Shown here in pieces: positions 47,539 to 57,253 of a DNA stretch of 64,000 bases (its first letter is position 1; the number at the start of each line of letters is the position of its first letter). The stretch comes from Bacteroidales bacterium (GTDB lineage Bacteria > Bacteroidota > Bacteroidia > Bacteroidales > UBA3663): the NCBI GenBank assembly GCA_017519885.1, contig JAFWRO010000014.1, forward strand, positions 38,086 to 102,085, given 5' to 3'. The notes beneath the pieces are model-generated. The model was not told the DNA's origin, did not search any database, and saw only the letters and a list, made by a program, of their open reading frames with translations. The position numbers and the translations under genes are program-made.

Positions 47539-50500
47539 ATGAAACTCAAAAACCTTATTCTAACCTTTCTGTTGGCTGCAAGTTCCTCACTCTTTGCACA
47601 GGACTTGCTCCAAGGCTTCCAAACCCCACCCCAAGAGGCTCGTCCTCGCGTGTGGTGGCACTGGATGGATGGTAACATCTCCAAAGACGGCATCCGCAAG
47701 GATATCGAATGGATGCACCGTGTCGGCATAGGCGGCTATCACAACTTCGATGCCGGCATGACCACACCGCAAGTGGTGGAGAAGCGCCTCACCTACATGT
47801 CGCCTGAATGGAAGGATGCCTTTCGTTATGCCGTCACCCTTGCCGATTCTCTCGGTATGGAGGTAGCCACTGCCAGTTGTCCCGGATGGAGCAACACCGG
47901 CGGCCCTTGGGTAAAACCCGAGCAGGGCATGAAGAAACTCGTCTGGCGCGAAATGAGAGTGAAAGGCGGCAAGCAACTCAACGTCGCCCTCCCTGCCCCC
48001 TTCCACACCACCGGCTTCTTCCAGAACGTGGCGGCCTCCAGCAGCGCTACTACCTTCATCCCCTCAGAAGGTGGCCCCGAATGGTACAAGGACCTCTATG
48101 TGCTGGCAGTTCGCTTGAACAAGGCAGACAAGACTTTGCAGCAACTCGGTGCCAAGGTCACATCGAGCGGTGGCACATTCACCGTCGAACAACTCACCGA
48201 CGGAGACCTGGCCAATGCCGGTGAACTGCCGCGCGACGACGAACGGGGATACTCCTGGATACAGTATTCGTTCAAGCGTCCTCAGACCTTCCAGGCCCTA
48301 AGCGTGGTCGATAGTTATACTCGTAGCGAATGGGGAGCAACCCCTGCACCCGTCAGCAAGCGACTTGAGGTGAGCGACGACGGACTCTCCTATCGCAAGG
48401 TTTGCGACATCCCTCATGGAGGTGCCGCTCGCCAAACCATCGAGTTCGAACCCGTCACGGCACGATACTTCCGCGTCACGTTCGACAATCCTGTCCTCAA
48501 TAACCCCTATGCTGCCTTGTCGCCTGTTCCTATTCCAGAACCGACATTTACTCCCGTGGCCGAACTGGTGCTCTATCCAGTTCCACGTATCAACCACGCC
48601 GAAGAGAAGGCTGGCTATGCCACGCCTTCCGACCTTATGGAACATCCCACTTTCGCTCGTGCTGACGAAGTGGTCGGCACTCAGGATGTATTCGATGTGA
48701 CCGACAAGGTCGATGCCGAAGGCAACCTTCATTGGAATGCACCCCAAGGCGACTGGACCATCTATCGATTCGGCTATTCGCTGACAGGCAAGACCAATCA
48801 TCCTGCTGCGACAGAAGCCACTGGCCTCGAAGTGTCGAAGATCGACAAGGATGCCTTCACCGACTTCCTGACCTACTATCTCGACACCTACCGCGATGCC
48901 ACAGGAGGACTGATGGGCCGTCATGGTCTGCAATATCTGCTGATCGACAGTTATGAAGCCGGTTGGGAGACCTGGGCACCAAGGATGCCACAGGAGTTCG
49001 AACAGCGTCGAGGCTACAATCTGTTGCCATGGCTGCCTGTGCTAACAGGACAAGTCATCGAAAGCGCCGAGCGCAGCGAGCAGTTCCTCTTCGATTGGCG
49101 CACCACCATCGGCGAACTCATCGAGGAATGCATGTATGCCAATGCCGACCGCATCGCCAAGCAGTACGGACTGGGCACTTACTTCGAATCGCATGAGAAT
49201 GGACGCCTCTACCTCGTCGATGGCATGTCGGCCAAAAGCAAAGCCGACATCCCGATGGCTGCCATGTGGACCTTCATTCCTGGTCAAAAGTCTGCCAATT
49301 CGACAATCGAGATGGCCGAAAGCGACATTCACGAATCAGCATCTGTTGCCCATCTCTACGGTAAGAAATTCGTAGCAGCCGAGTCACTTACTGCCAATGG
49401 TTTGGATGGTGGAGCCTACAGTTTCTTCCCTGGAAAACTAAAGCCCACAGCCGACCTCGAGATGGCCAATGGTGTCAATCGCTTTGTGATACACGAGAGC
49501 GCTCACCAGCCCGTCGATGACCTCAAGCCCGGACTTGGCCTGATGATCTTCGGACAATGGTTCAACCGCAACGAGACGTGGGCCGAACAGGCTAAGGCCT
49601 GGACCGACTATCTGGCACGTTCCTGCTACCTTCTGCAGCAAGGTCGCAACGTGGCTGACATCCTCTATTATTATGGCGAGGATGACGTAGTGACCAGCCT
49701 TTTTGCCTTCCAGCATCCCGACATCCCTTACTCCTACAATTTCGACTACCTCAACAAGGAGGCATTGCTCGACCTCATCTCCTACGACGGCAAGCATTTC
49801 GTAACGCCTTCAGGCAACCAATACAATGTGCTCATCATCGACCCACGCTGCGAGCATGTCTCTGCACCCGTGAAGGCAAAACTGGAGGAGTTGCGTCGTC
49901 AGGGAGCACCCATCTTCGATCTTCGCACACAGACGATGGCCGAAGCACTCAAGGGTATTCGTCCCGACTTCATAGCCGACGATATGACCGACCTGCGCTA
50001 CGTTCACCGAAAGACTGCCGATGCCGACATCTATTGGGTCAACAACCGCCGCAACACAGCCCGTCAAATCAATGCCACCTTCCGCGTCAGCGGCCTCAAG
50101 CCCATGCTTTGGCACCCCGAAACAGGAAAGGCAGAAGAAGTCTCGTACGAGATGCATGACGACGTGACCATCGTTCGTCTGAATCTTGCCATCGACGACG
50201 CCATCTTTGTCGTATTCGACGAAAAGACCGACGTCCGCAAAGTGGAATTGCCCACCCAGCAGGAAGTTCTGTTCCGCCACGTCGATACCCCGTGGACGGT
50301 GCAATTCGACGAAGCGTGGGGTGGCCCGAAGGAAACAACCTTCGACCCGCTCATCTCCTACACCGAATCGTCTGACGAAGGCATCCGTTACTATTCCGGC
50401 ACTGCCATCTACCGCAATACGCTCCGCATCAGCGCTCCCGAACTCAAGCAAGGCCGTTTCGTACTCAACCTGGGCGAAGTGGGCTGTATGGCCGAAGTTA

Positions 50501-50778
50501 TTGTCAATGGTAAAAACCTCGGAATACTTTGGAAGAGACCATATACCGTCGATGTGACCGATGCCCTAACTGCAGGTGAGAACGCCTTGGAGATACACGT
50601 CATCAACCAATGGACGAACCGCATCATCGGCGACTTGCAGCCCAACTGCTCGAAACGATATACGTTCCCTGCCTTCAACTACTTCTATCGTCCCGATTCC
50701 CCACTCCTGCCCGCAGGTCTGATGGGGCCCGTCGATATCATGCTCATTCCCGACCAATCGCAAACTCACACATTATAA
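47539..50778 (+). CDS. Glycoside hydrolase family 106 (alpha-L-rhamnosidase-like)
   Basis: ARPRVWWHWMDGNISKDGI, GWSNTGGPWV, LIDSYEAG, SASVAHLYGK..VAAESLT. Confidence 0.87.
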   Translation: MKLKNLILTFLLAASSSLFAQDLLQGFQTPPQEARPRVWWHWMDGNISKDGIRKDIEWMHRVGIGGYHNFDAGMTTPQVVEKRLTYMSPEWKDAFRYAVTLADSLGMEVATASCPGWSNTGGPWVKPEQGMKKLVWREMRVKGGKQLNVALPAPFHTTGFFQNVAASSSATTFIPSEGGPEWYKDLYVLAVRLNKADKTLQQLGAKVTSSGGTFTVEQLTDGDLANAGELPRDDERGYSWIQYSFKRPQTFQALSVVDSYTRSEWGATPAPVSKRLEVSDDGLSYRKVCDIPHGGAARQTIEFEPVTARYFRVTFDNPVLNNPYAALSPVPIPEPTFTPVAELVLYPVPRINHAEEKAGYATPSDLMEHPTFARADEVVGTQDVFDVTDKVDAEGNLHWNAPQGDWTIYRFGYSLTGKTNHPAATEATGLEVSKIDKDAFTDFLTYYLDTYRDATGGLMGRHGLQYLLIDSYEAGWETWAPRMPQEFEQRRGYNLLPWLPVLTGQVIESAERSEQFLFDWRTTIGELIEECMYANADRIAKQYGLGTYFESHENGRLYLVDGMSAKSKADIPMAAMWTFIPGQKSANSTIEMAESDIHESASVAHLYGKKFVAAESLTANGLDGGAYSFFPGKLKPTADLEMANGVNRFVIHESAHQPVDDLKPGLGLMIFGQWFNRNETWAEQAKAWTDYLARSCYLLQQGRNVADILYYYGEDDVVTSLFAFQHPDIPYSYNFDYLNKEALLDLISYDGKHFVTPSGNQYNVLIIDPRCEHVSAPVKAKLEELRRQGAPIFDLRTQTMAEALKGIRPDFIADDMTDLRYVHRKTADADIYWVNNRRNTARQINATFRVSGLKPMLWHPETGKAEEVSYEMHDDVTIVRLNLAIDDAIFVVFDEKTDVRKVELPTQQEVLFRHVDTPWTVQFDEAWGGPKETTFDPLISYTESSDEGIRYYSGTAIYRNTLRISAPELKQGRFVLNLGEVGCMAEVIVNGKNLGILWKRPYTVDVTDALTAGENALEIHVINQWTNRIIGDLQPNCSKRYTFPAFNYFYRPDSPLLPAGLMGPVDIMLIPDQSQTHTL

Positions 50779-50789
50779 TAATATAGAAT

Positions 50790-52862
50790 ATGAAACACCC
50801 CATCACACTTCTTCTGACTGCTCTTCTAGCAGTCTCGGCATCCGCAACTGCCCAAACCAAGACGTTCGAAAAGCCCCTCTATGGAGCTGCCTATTACAGC
50901 GAGTACACCCCCACTGACCGTCTTGACGAAGACATACGTCTGATGAAAGAGGCGGGACTTACCGTAGTGCGTGTCGGCGAATCCACATGGTCGCTCTTCG
51001 AACCACAGGACGGCCAGTTCGAATTCGCATGGATGGACCGCATCCTCGACAAGTTACACGCTGCCGGCATCAAGGTCATCCTCGGCACGCCCACCTACTC
51101 CATCCCCTCGTGGATGGCTGCCGAGCATCCCGAAGTGTTGTCTCACACCATCGACGACAAGCAGAGTTACTACGGCATCCGTCAGAACATGGACCTCAAG
51201 AACCCCACCTATCTGCGTTACTGCGAACGCATCATCCGCAAGATGATGGAACACTTTGCCCAGCATCCCGCCATCATCGGCTATCAGGTGGACAACGAAG
51301 TAGAGGCACGCAACATCGACAACCCCGACTATTTTGAGGGTTTCCGCGAATACATCAAGGAGGAGTTCAAGGGTGACCTCAAGGAACTCAACCGTCGCTG
51401 GGGCCTCAACTACTGGGGCATGAACATCAACAAATGGGAGGACTTCTACGACCGCAAAGGTGTGACCAACCCCTCGTACAAGGTGTGGTGGGAACGCTGG
51501 AACCGCAAGGTGACCGCCGACTTCCTCAACTGGCAAGTCGATATCGTCAACGAATATCGTCGTCCCGATCAGTTTGTCTTCCATTGCTTCATGCCTTATT
51601 TCTGCAATATCGACCAGGTGGAGGCCTTCCGCCAGATGGAATATCCTGCCATCAACGTCTATTACAATATGCAGGATCAGCAGGATGGTGCCTGGATAGG
51701 CTATTCGTGCGACTTCATGCGTCCCGTTTCGAAGCACCACAACTTCCTCATCACCGAAACCAATGCACAAGGTACAGGATGGTCCAGCCGTGACCAATGG
51801 CCTCCCTACGATGGTCAATTGCGCCAGAACATGTACGCGTTCCTCTCGGGTGGTGCCAACATGGTGGAATACTGGCACTGGTCCACACTCCACTACGGTC
51901 AGGAGACATATTGGCGCGGCATTCTTGGCCATGAAGGCTTGCCCAACCGCGTCTATGCCGAATTCCAGCGAGGTGCTTCCGAACTCGACAAGGTAGGCGA
52001 CCGCCTCGTGAACATCCAGAAACAGAACCGCGTGGCCCTTCTCTTCAGTCACGACTCGAAGCATGCCCTCGACTTCATGCCCTACACCGACCGCGACCAA
52101 TACAAGGACTTCCTACTCTACGATGCCCTTTATCGCCAGAACATCGAGTGCGACATCCTGCCTGTCGACAAACCCGAGATGCAGGACTTCTCAAAATACG
52201 ACATGCTCGTCGTCCCATCGCTTTACGTGGCCACCGACGAACTTTTGCAGAAGATCAGCGACTTTGTCAAGAATGGCGGCGAAGTGGTGATGCTCTTCAA
52301 GAGCGGCTACACCGACTTCGACAATGCCGTGCGTCCTGTGCTGGCTCCCGGTCCCCTTGCCGAAGCCTGCGGTTTCACCTATCAGGAGTATTCGTCCATC
52401 CAGCAACTGCCGCTTCGTCCCAACGACCTTGGAGCCAACGACAACACCGTCAGCACATGGATGGAATTCCTCCAACTCACCACCGCCCAGCCCCTCGCTA
52501 CCATCGAGCATCCCTTCTTCGGCAAATGGCCATGCATCACCGAGAACGCCTACGGAAACGGCCATCTCATCTACATCGGAACGCTGCCTAGCACCGAACT
52601 CATCCAGAAACTATTGGCACGTGCTGCCGACCGTAAGCAGATTCTCACTGCCGAACGTCAAAACACGTTCCCCATCATCCTTCGTTCGGGTGTCAACGAT
52701 TATGGCAAGAAGATCCATTACATCTTCAACTATTCCTACGAACCGAAAACCATCACCTACCCCTTCGGCAACTGCCGCTCTTTGCTCGACGGCCAGTCGC
52801 TCAAGGCCAACGCCTCCATCACCATCGAACCATGGGGCGTAGTAATCGGAGAAGAAAAATAG
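50790..52862 (+). CDS. GH42-like beta-galactosidase, secreted
   Basis: YGAAYYSE, VRVGESTWSLFEP, ILGTPTYSIPSW, YQVDNE, ITETNAQ. Confidence 0.87.
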   Translation: MKHPITLLLTALLAVSASATAQTKTFEKPLYGAAYYSEYTPTDRLDEDIRLMKEAGLTVVRVGESTWSLFEPQDGQFEFAWMDRILDKLHAAGIKVILGTPTYSIPSWMAAEHPEVLSHTIDDKQSYYGIRQNMDLKNPTYLRYCERIIRKMMEHFAQHPAIIGYQVDNEVEARNIDNPDYFEGFREYIKEEFKGDLKELNRRWGLNYWGMNINKWEDFYDRKGVTNPSYKVWWERWNRKVTADFLNWQVDIVNEYRRPDQFVFHCFMPYFCNIDQVEAFRQMEYPAINVYYNMQDQQDGAWIGYSCDFMRPVSKHHNFLITETNAQGTGWSSRDQWPPYDGQLRQNMYAFLSGGANMVEYWHWSTLHYGQETYWRGILGHEGLPNRVYAEFQRGASELDKVGDRLVNIQKQNRVALLFSHDSKHALDFMPYTDRDQYKDFLLYDALYRQNIECDILPVDKPEMQDFSKYDMLVVPSLYVATDELLQKISDFVKNGGEVVMLFKSGYTDFDNAVRPVLAPGPLAEACGFTYQEYSSIQQLPLRPNDLGANDNTVSTWMEFLQLTTAQPLATIEHPFFGKWPCITENAYGNGHLIYIGTLPSTELIQKLLARAADRKQILTAERQNTFPIILRSGVNDYGKKIHYIFNYSYEPKTITYPFGNCRSLLDGQSLKANASITIEPWGVVIGEEK

Positions 52863-52880
52863 CCAAAAGCTTCCTGCAAT

Positions 52881-52917
52881 AAAAAACAGACGCGGCCAAA
52901 TGACCGCGTCTGTTTTT
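52881..52917. terminator. Bidirectional intrinsic terminator
   Basis: AAAAAACAGACGCGG-ccaaatga-CCGCGTCTGTTTTT. Confidence 0.8.
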
Positions 52918-52924
52918 ACTTGTC

Positions 52925-53164
52925 TTAATCCAAAAAGACGAATCTGATGATGAATGCCACATTGATAAAAGTGTAAAGCACAAGGCTCGTCTTTTCGATT
53001 GTTCGTTTGCTTTTCTTTTTGAACAATAGGAAGATGTTCAATAAGACACACAAGATGATCAGAAACTGAAAGATTTCACTGACCCAACGATAGTCTGTAG
53101 AGTAAGAGAGCGTACAGACAAACCATGTAAAGGCGTTCAATAGAGAAACAATGTAGAAGCTCAT
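52925..53164 (-). CDS. Small AT-rich hypothetical membrane protein
   Basis: About 79 aa, three hydrophobic stretches, candidate -7 element near 53230, terminator downstream. Confidence 0.5.
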   Translation of the reverse strand: MSFYIVSLLNAFTWFVCTLSYSTDYRWVSEIFQFLIILCVLLNIFLLFKKKSKRTIEKTSLVLYTFINVAFIIRFVFLD

Positions 53165-53355
53165 AATCTTATCCAATTAACGGAAAAACTTATTGAACGA
53201 ATAAAAGGAAATTAATAGGAATAGCACTGCAAAGTAAATGAAAAAAAATGAATCCTCCAAATAATTTCTGTAATTTTTATAGTATTGGATGAAAAAATAT
53301 GGTTTTCTGCTTATTTTTACCCCATTATCGAAGTTATTTTGTATAAATGTAAAAT

Positions 53356-53393
53356 ATCAGCGGGACAAACAGGCTATAATTGTTTGTCTCGCT
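53356..53393 (-). terminator. Hairpin after the DUF2795 gene
   Basis: TCAGCGGGACAAACA...TGTTTGTCTCGCTGA. Confidence 0.65.
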
Positions 53394-53424
53394 GACATTA
53401 AATGTTTATACTTAAATACGACTC

Positions 53425-53646
53425 TTAATACTCCTCTTCGTTGAAGAAAAAGTCGTCCTTCTGGGGGTAATCGGGCCAAAGGTCTTCGATGGATTCATAG
53501 ATGTCGCCTTCGTCCTCCATCTCCTGAAGGTTTTCAATCACTTCGAGGGGAGCGCCGGAACGATTGGCATAGTCAAGCAATTCCTCACGGGTAGCGGGCC
53601 ACGGTGCATCTTCGAGCTTTGAGGCCAATTCGAGTGTCCAATACAT
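53425..53646 (-). CDS. DUF2795 family protein
   Basis: MYWTLELASKLEDAPWPAT...RSGAPLEVIENLQE...DFFFNEEEY, conserved Bacteroidetes protein. Confidence 0.92.
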   Translation of the reverse strand: MYWTLELASKLEDAPWPATREELLDYANRSGAPLEVIENLQEMEDEGDIYESIEDLWPDYPQKDDFFFNEEEY

Positions 53647-53789
53647 AGGTTTTTCTAGTTATTAATTATATGTTAGTTTTAGTCGTATTTTTCGGTCGGA
53701 AATATACTCTTTCCGTCGAATTTGCGCGCGAAGATAGTGGTTTTCTCAATAGGTTGTACAAAACGGCGTAAATATTTAGGGAATTTTAA

Positions 53790-54515
53790 CTAAAACGATA
53801 CCACATAATGCTGTTTGAAGAAGCGAGGCTTAAGGATTGCCAGCCCATAATCGAAAAGATCCATGGTAATCGAGACGTCGTCGCGGTCGCACAACTGATC
53901 CCAGAAAATCTCATTCGGACGACCATCCTGGATGCCGCGAACGAAGATCACCGTATCGTCCTTGGTATGTGCCATCAACCACTCGACAAACTGCTGGGCA
54001 TAGACAGCCGAGGGCTTGAACGACTTCTGCTTCATAGCCTCCGGATCCTCGTAAGGATTCGCATTGATGGCGATGAAGTCGAATGGCGATGCCTCGTCAA
54101 ACTGTTCGAGACTGTTGGCAAACGTCACCCGGTTGGCCGACTGCGTGAATGCCGACAGATTGAACTCAGCTCGTGTCTGTGTCACAGGGTCGGCAAGCGA
54201 AACCACCTTCATCCTGCTGTCGGTGAGTAACAAAGGAAGAAGTGTATAACCGCCATCGCAGCCTATCTCTGCCGCATTGCGGCAATGGAAACGGTTGGCC
54301 AATCGAAACAAGAGGCATGCTACCTTGTACGAAACTGGCACATGCTTAACATAGATACCCCGCATCGACCGATAGGCATAATAGGGAAGTTTCTCTTCGA
54401 TGACTTCGGTAATGATAGCGTAGGCGAACGGCGAATGCACACCGAAACCCTTGCGGTGTTTCAGTTTGCGTACGCCCTTCGATAGGTATTCCTTGATTTT
54501 CTTTTTTGCACCCAT
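53790..54515 (-). CDS. Putative SAM-dependent methyltransferase-like protein
   Basis: KGFGVHSPFAY, LLFRLAN, EIG, TMDLFDYG...KQHYVVSF. Confidence 0.7.
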   Translation of the reverse strand: MGAKKKIKEYLSKGVRKLKHRKGFGVHSPFAYAIITEVIEEKLPYYAYRSMRGIYVKHVPVSYKVACLLFRLANRFHCRNAAEIGCDGGYTLLPLLLTDSRMKVVSLADPVTQTRAEFNLSAFTQSANRVTFANSLEQFDEASPFDFIAINANPYEDPEAMKQKSFKPSAVYAQQFVEWLMAHTKDDTVIFVRGIQDGRPNEIFWDQLCDRDDVSITMDLFDYGLAILKPRFFKQHYVVSF

Positions 54516-54584
54516 AGGGGTGGAACTAATTAACGATTAATAATAAAAAAAGTAACAATTACCCTCATCGGCCCCTCTGTTCTC

Positions 54585-54639
54585 GTCAGCAGCCATGTTT
54601 GGCTGCTAAGCGTTCAGTCAGCAGCCGTCTTTGGCTGCC
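54585..54639 (+). repeat. Two REP-like palindrome copies, the second overlapping the M20 gene 3' end
   Basis: gtcAGCAGCCAtgttTGGCTGCT and gtcaGCAGCCgtcttTGGCTGCc. Confidence 0.7.
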
Positions 54640-55763
54640 TCCCTCAGCACCCGATAGTACATCTCGATCGCCTCCCTTATCTCCGAAGGTCGGATATACT
54701 CATCAGCGGTATGACTGCGTGCCGAGTCGCCAGGTCCCATCTTCAAGCTTGGGAACCGCATCAGTGCCTGGTCGCTCAGCGTGGGCGAACCAAAAGGCTT
54801 ACGCCCCAAAGCAACGATGCGTTGCAACAGCGGATGATCGACCGGTATGCTCGAAGGCTGCAGTCGCGTGCTGCGTGGTGTGAGTTCAATCACAGGTCCT
54901 TCTGCGCCCAATGGCGAAGCGACCTTGCCAACCTCTTTTCGCAACATCGCCACTACCTCTTCATTGCTGTAGGCATCGGTAGTGCGACAATCGACCATAA
55001 ACGTACAGGTATCGGGTACTACGTTGTGCACCGTACCAGCTTGAACACCGGTCACCGTCACCTTCACAGGCCCCAATAGCGCCGACACGTGTTCGAAACG
55101 GAAACTGCGCAAACGTTCAATGGCCTCCATAGCCAAATAAATCGCGTTCACGCCCTCGTTACGTGCTGCATGGCCCGACTTACCATGTGCAATACCATCG
55201 AGCACCACAAGCCCTTTCTCAGCAATGGCAGGCTGCATACCCGTGGGCTCGCCAACCAGTGCTACATCGATAGGTGGCAATTGTGGAAGGACGCTTTCGA
55301 TACCATGCTTCCCGCTCACCTCCTCTTCGGCCGAAGCCAGGAAGACAAGGTTGTAACGCCTATCACTACTTTGCCCCTCGCCCACCAGCATAAGGAAGAC
55401 ATGAAGCAGGGAGACAAGCGAAGCACCGTCGTCGTTCGATCCTAACCCATAGATACGCTCCTCCTGGCTTCCGTCTGCCAAAGTTACCACCTCGCGGCTG
55501 GCTCGAAACGGATCGTGCTGCCACGTCGAGACGGGCTTCACCGTATCGATATGGGCATTGAGCAGAAGCGTCGGTCGCTCAGCATCGTAGTATGGGTCAA
55601 CGAGCCAAAGGTTATTGTCCGAACGATGCACAGTCAATCCCGTGCTGTTCAGATATTCTTGAAGCATATCGGAAACGTGCGTCTCTTCACGACTCACCGA
55701 GGGAATCGCTATCATCTTCTCAAGCAGAATGACCGACTGAAGATAGGCTGTTTGGAGATCCAT
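54618..55763 (-). CDS. M20 metallopeptidase / acetylornithine deacetylase-like
   Basis: LLNAHIDTV, YGLGSNDDG, SAEEE, VGEPT, GKSGHAAR, GPGDSARSHTADE. Confidence 0.88.
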   Translation of the reverse strand: MDLQTAYLQSVILLEKMIAIPSVSREETHVSDMLQEYLNSTGLTVHRSDNNLWLVDPYYDAERPTLLLNAHIDTVKPVSTWQHDPFRASREVVTLADGSQEERIYGLGSNDDGASLVSLLHVFLMLVGEGQSSDRRYNLVFLASAEEEVSGKHGIESVLPQLPPIDVALVGEPTGMQPAIAEKGLVVLDGIAHGKSGHAARNEGVNAIYLAMEAIERLRSFRFEHVSALLGPVKVTVTGVQAGTVHNVVPDTCTFMVDCRTTDAYSNEEVVAMLRKEVGKVASPLGAEGPVIELTPRSTRLQPSSIPVDHPLLQRIVALGRKPFGSPTLSDQALMRFPSLKMGPGDSARSHTADEYIRPSEIREAIEMYYRVLREAAKDGC

Positions 55764-55928
55764 AAGAATTCAGTTTTGTCGCGTAGGGATAAGAAATGCG
55801 ACGCAAAGATAATGAAAAATATTGAACATTGGCAATCTTTCGTCCAAAAATTTTGAAAATAGCGGAAAATTATCTATCTTTGCGCCACATTTTTCGAATA
55901 TTTAAACCGGCAGATGCCGTTTTTTGCT

Positions 55929-57038
55929 ATGATTACGATAGAACAACTCAAGGCTGTACAGGATCGTTTGACCGACCTGCACCGCTATCTCAACATCGAA
56001 GACAAGAAGATTCAGCTCGAAGAAGAGGAACTTCGCACACAGGTGCCCGGATTCTGGGACAACCAGAAGGAGGCCGAGAAGCAGATGAAGGTGGTCAAAG
56101 GTATCCGCTCGTGGATTGATGCCTATAACAACGTGAAGGCCAACGTCGATGAACTCGCCACCGCCTTCGAATTCTACAAGGAGGAACTGGTAAGCGAAGA
56201 GGAAGTCGATGCCCAATACAAGAAGACTATCGACCTCTTCGAGGACGTCGAACTGAAGAATATGCTGCAAGGCGAGGAGGACCATATGAACTGCATCCTC
56301 AAGATCAATGCAGGTGCAGGTGGTACCGAGGCACAGGACTGGGCCGAACAACTCCAGCGCCTCTATATGCGCTATGCCGAGGACCATGGCTACAAGGCCA
56401 CTGTCCAGGATCTTGTCGAAGGTGACGATGCCGGCATCAAGTCGGTCACCATCGAAATCGATGGCGACTATGCCTTCGGTTACCTCAAGTCGGAGAATGG
56501 TGTGCATCGCCTCGTTCGCGTAAGCCCCTATAATGCACAAGGCAAGCGTATGACGTCGTTCGCTTCGGTCTTCGCCTTCCCCCTCATCGACGACACCATC
56601 GAGATCAAGATCGACCCAGGCAAACTCACTTGGGACACCTTCCGTTCGGGTGGCGCTGGTGGCCAGAACGTCAACAAGGTGGAGTCGGGTGTTCGTGCCC
56701 GCTATATGTACACCGACCCCTATACCGGCGAAGAGAAGGAACTCCTCCAGGCTTGCACCGTGACGCGCGACCAGCCCAAGAACCGCGAGATGGCACTCGA
56801 ACTCCTCAAGTCGCAGATCTACAACATCGAACTCGAGCACAAGCGCGAGAAGCAGGCTTCAATCGAAGCTGGCAAGAAGAAGATCGAATGGGGTTCTCAG
56901 ATTCGCTCCTATGTCTTCGACGACCGTCGCGTGAAGGACCATCGCACAGGCTACCAGACCTCCGACGTCAACGCCGTGATGGATGGCAAGATCGATGGTT
57001 TCATCAAGGCCTACCTGATGGAATTCGGCGACAAGTAA
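55929..57038 (+). CDS. prfB: Peptide chain release factor 2, no programmed frameshift
   Basis: GAGGTEAQDW, GVHRLVRVSPY (SPF-type motif), GGQ; continuous ORF. Confidence 0.95.
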   Translation: MITIEQLKAVQDRLTDLHRYLNIEDKKIQLEEEELRTQVPGFWDNQKEAEKQMKVVKGIRSWIDAYNNVKANVDELATAFEFYKEELVSEEEVDAQYKKTIDLFEDVELKNMLQGEEDHMNCILKINAGAGGTEAQDWAEQLQRLYMRYAEDHGYKATVQDLVEGDDAGIKSVTIEIDGDYAFGYLKSENGVHRLVRVSPYNAQGKRMTSFASVFAFPLIDDTIEIKIDPGKLTWDTFRSGGAGGQNVNKVESGVRARYMYTDPYTGEEKELLQACTVTRDQPKNREMALELLKSQIYNIELEHKREKQASIEAGKKKIEWGSQIRSYVFDDRRVKDHRTGYQTSDVNAVMDGKIDGFIKAYLMEFGDK

Positions 57039-57119
57039 AAGAGCGTCTGACGACAAACAAATGAGAGCCCGACGGCCAATCAACGAGAGAGCCCGACGGC
57101 CATAAAGCAAGACAAAGAA

Positions 57120-57157
57120 ACGTGCCAAGAACTTCAGTTAGTTCTCGGCACGTCTTA
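57120..57157 (+). terminator. Terminator after prfB
   Basis: ACGTGCCAAGAACT-loop-AGTTCTCGGCACGT ctta. Confidence 0.65.
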
Positions 57158-57198
57158 TTATAAATCTTCAAATTATATTTTCGAAGGCGAAGGTAACG

Positions 57199-57248
57199 TC
57201 CCTTAAAATCCCTTAGATTCCCTTAGAATCCCTTAATATCCCTTAGAC
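57199..57248. repeat. 10-bp tandem repeat TCCCTTAnnn x5
   Basis: tcccttaaaa tcccttagat tcccttagaa tcccttaata tcccttagac. Confidence 0.8.
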
Positions 57249-57253
57249 ATTAA

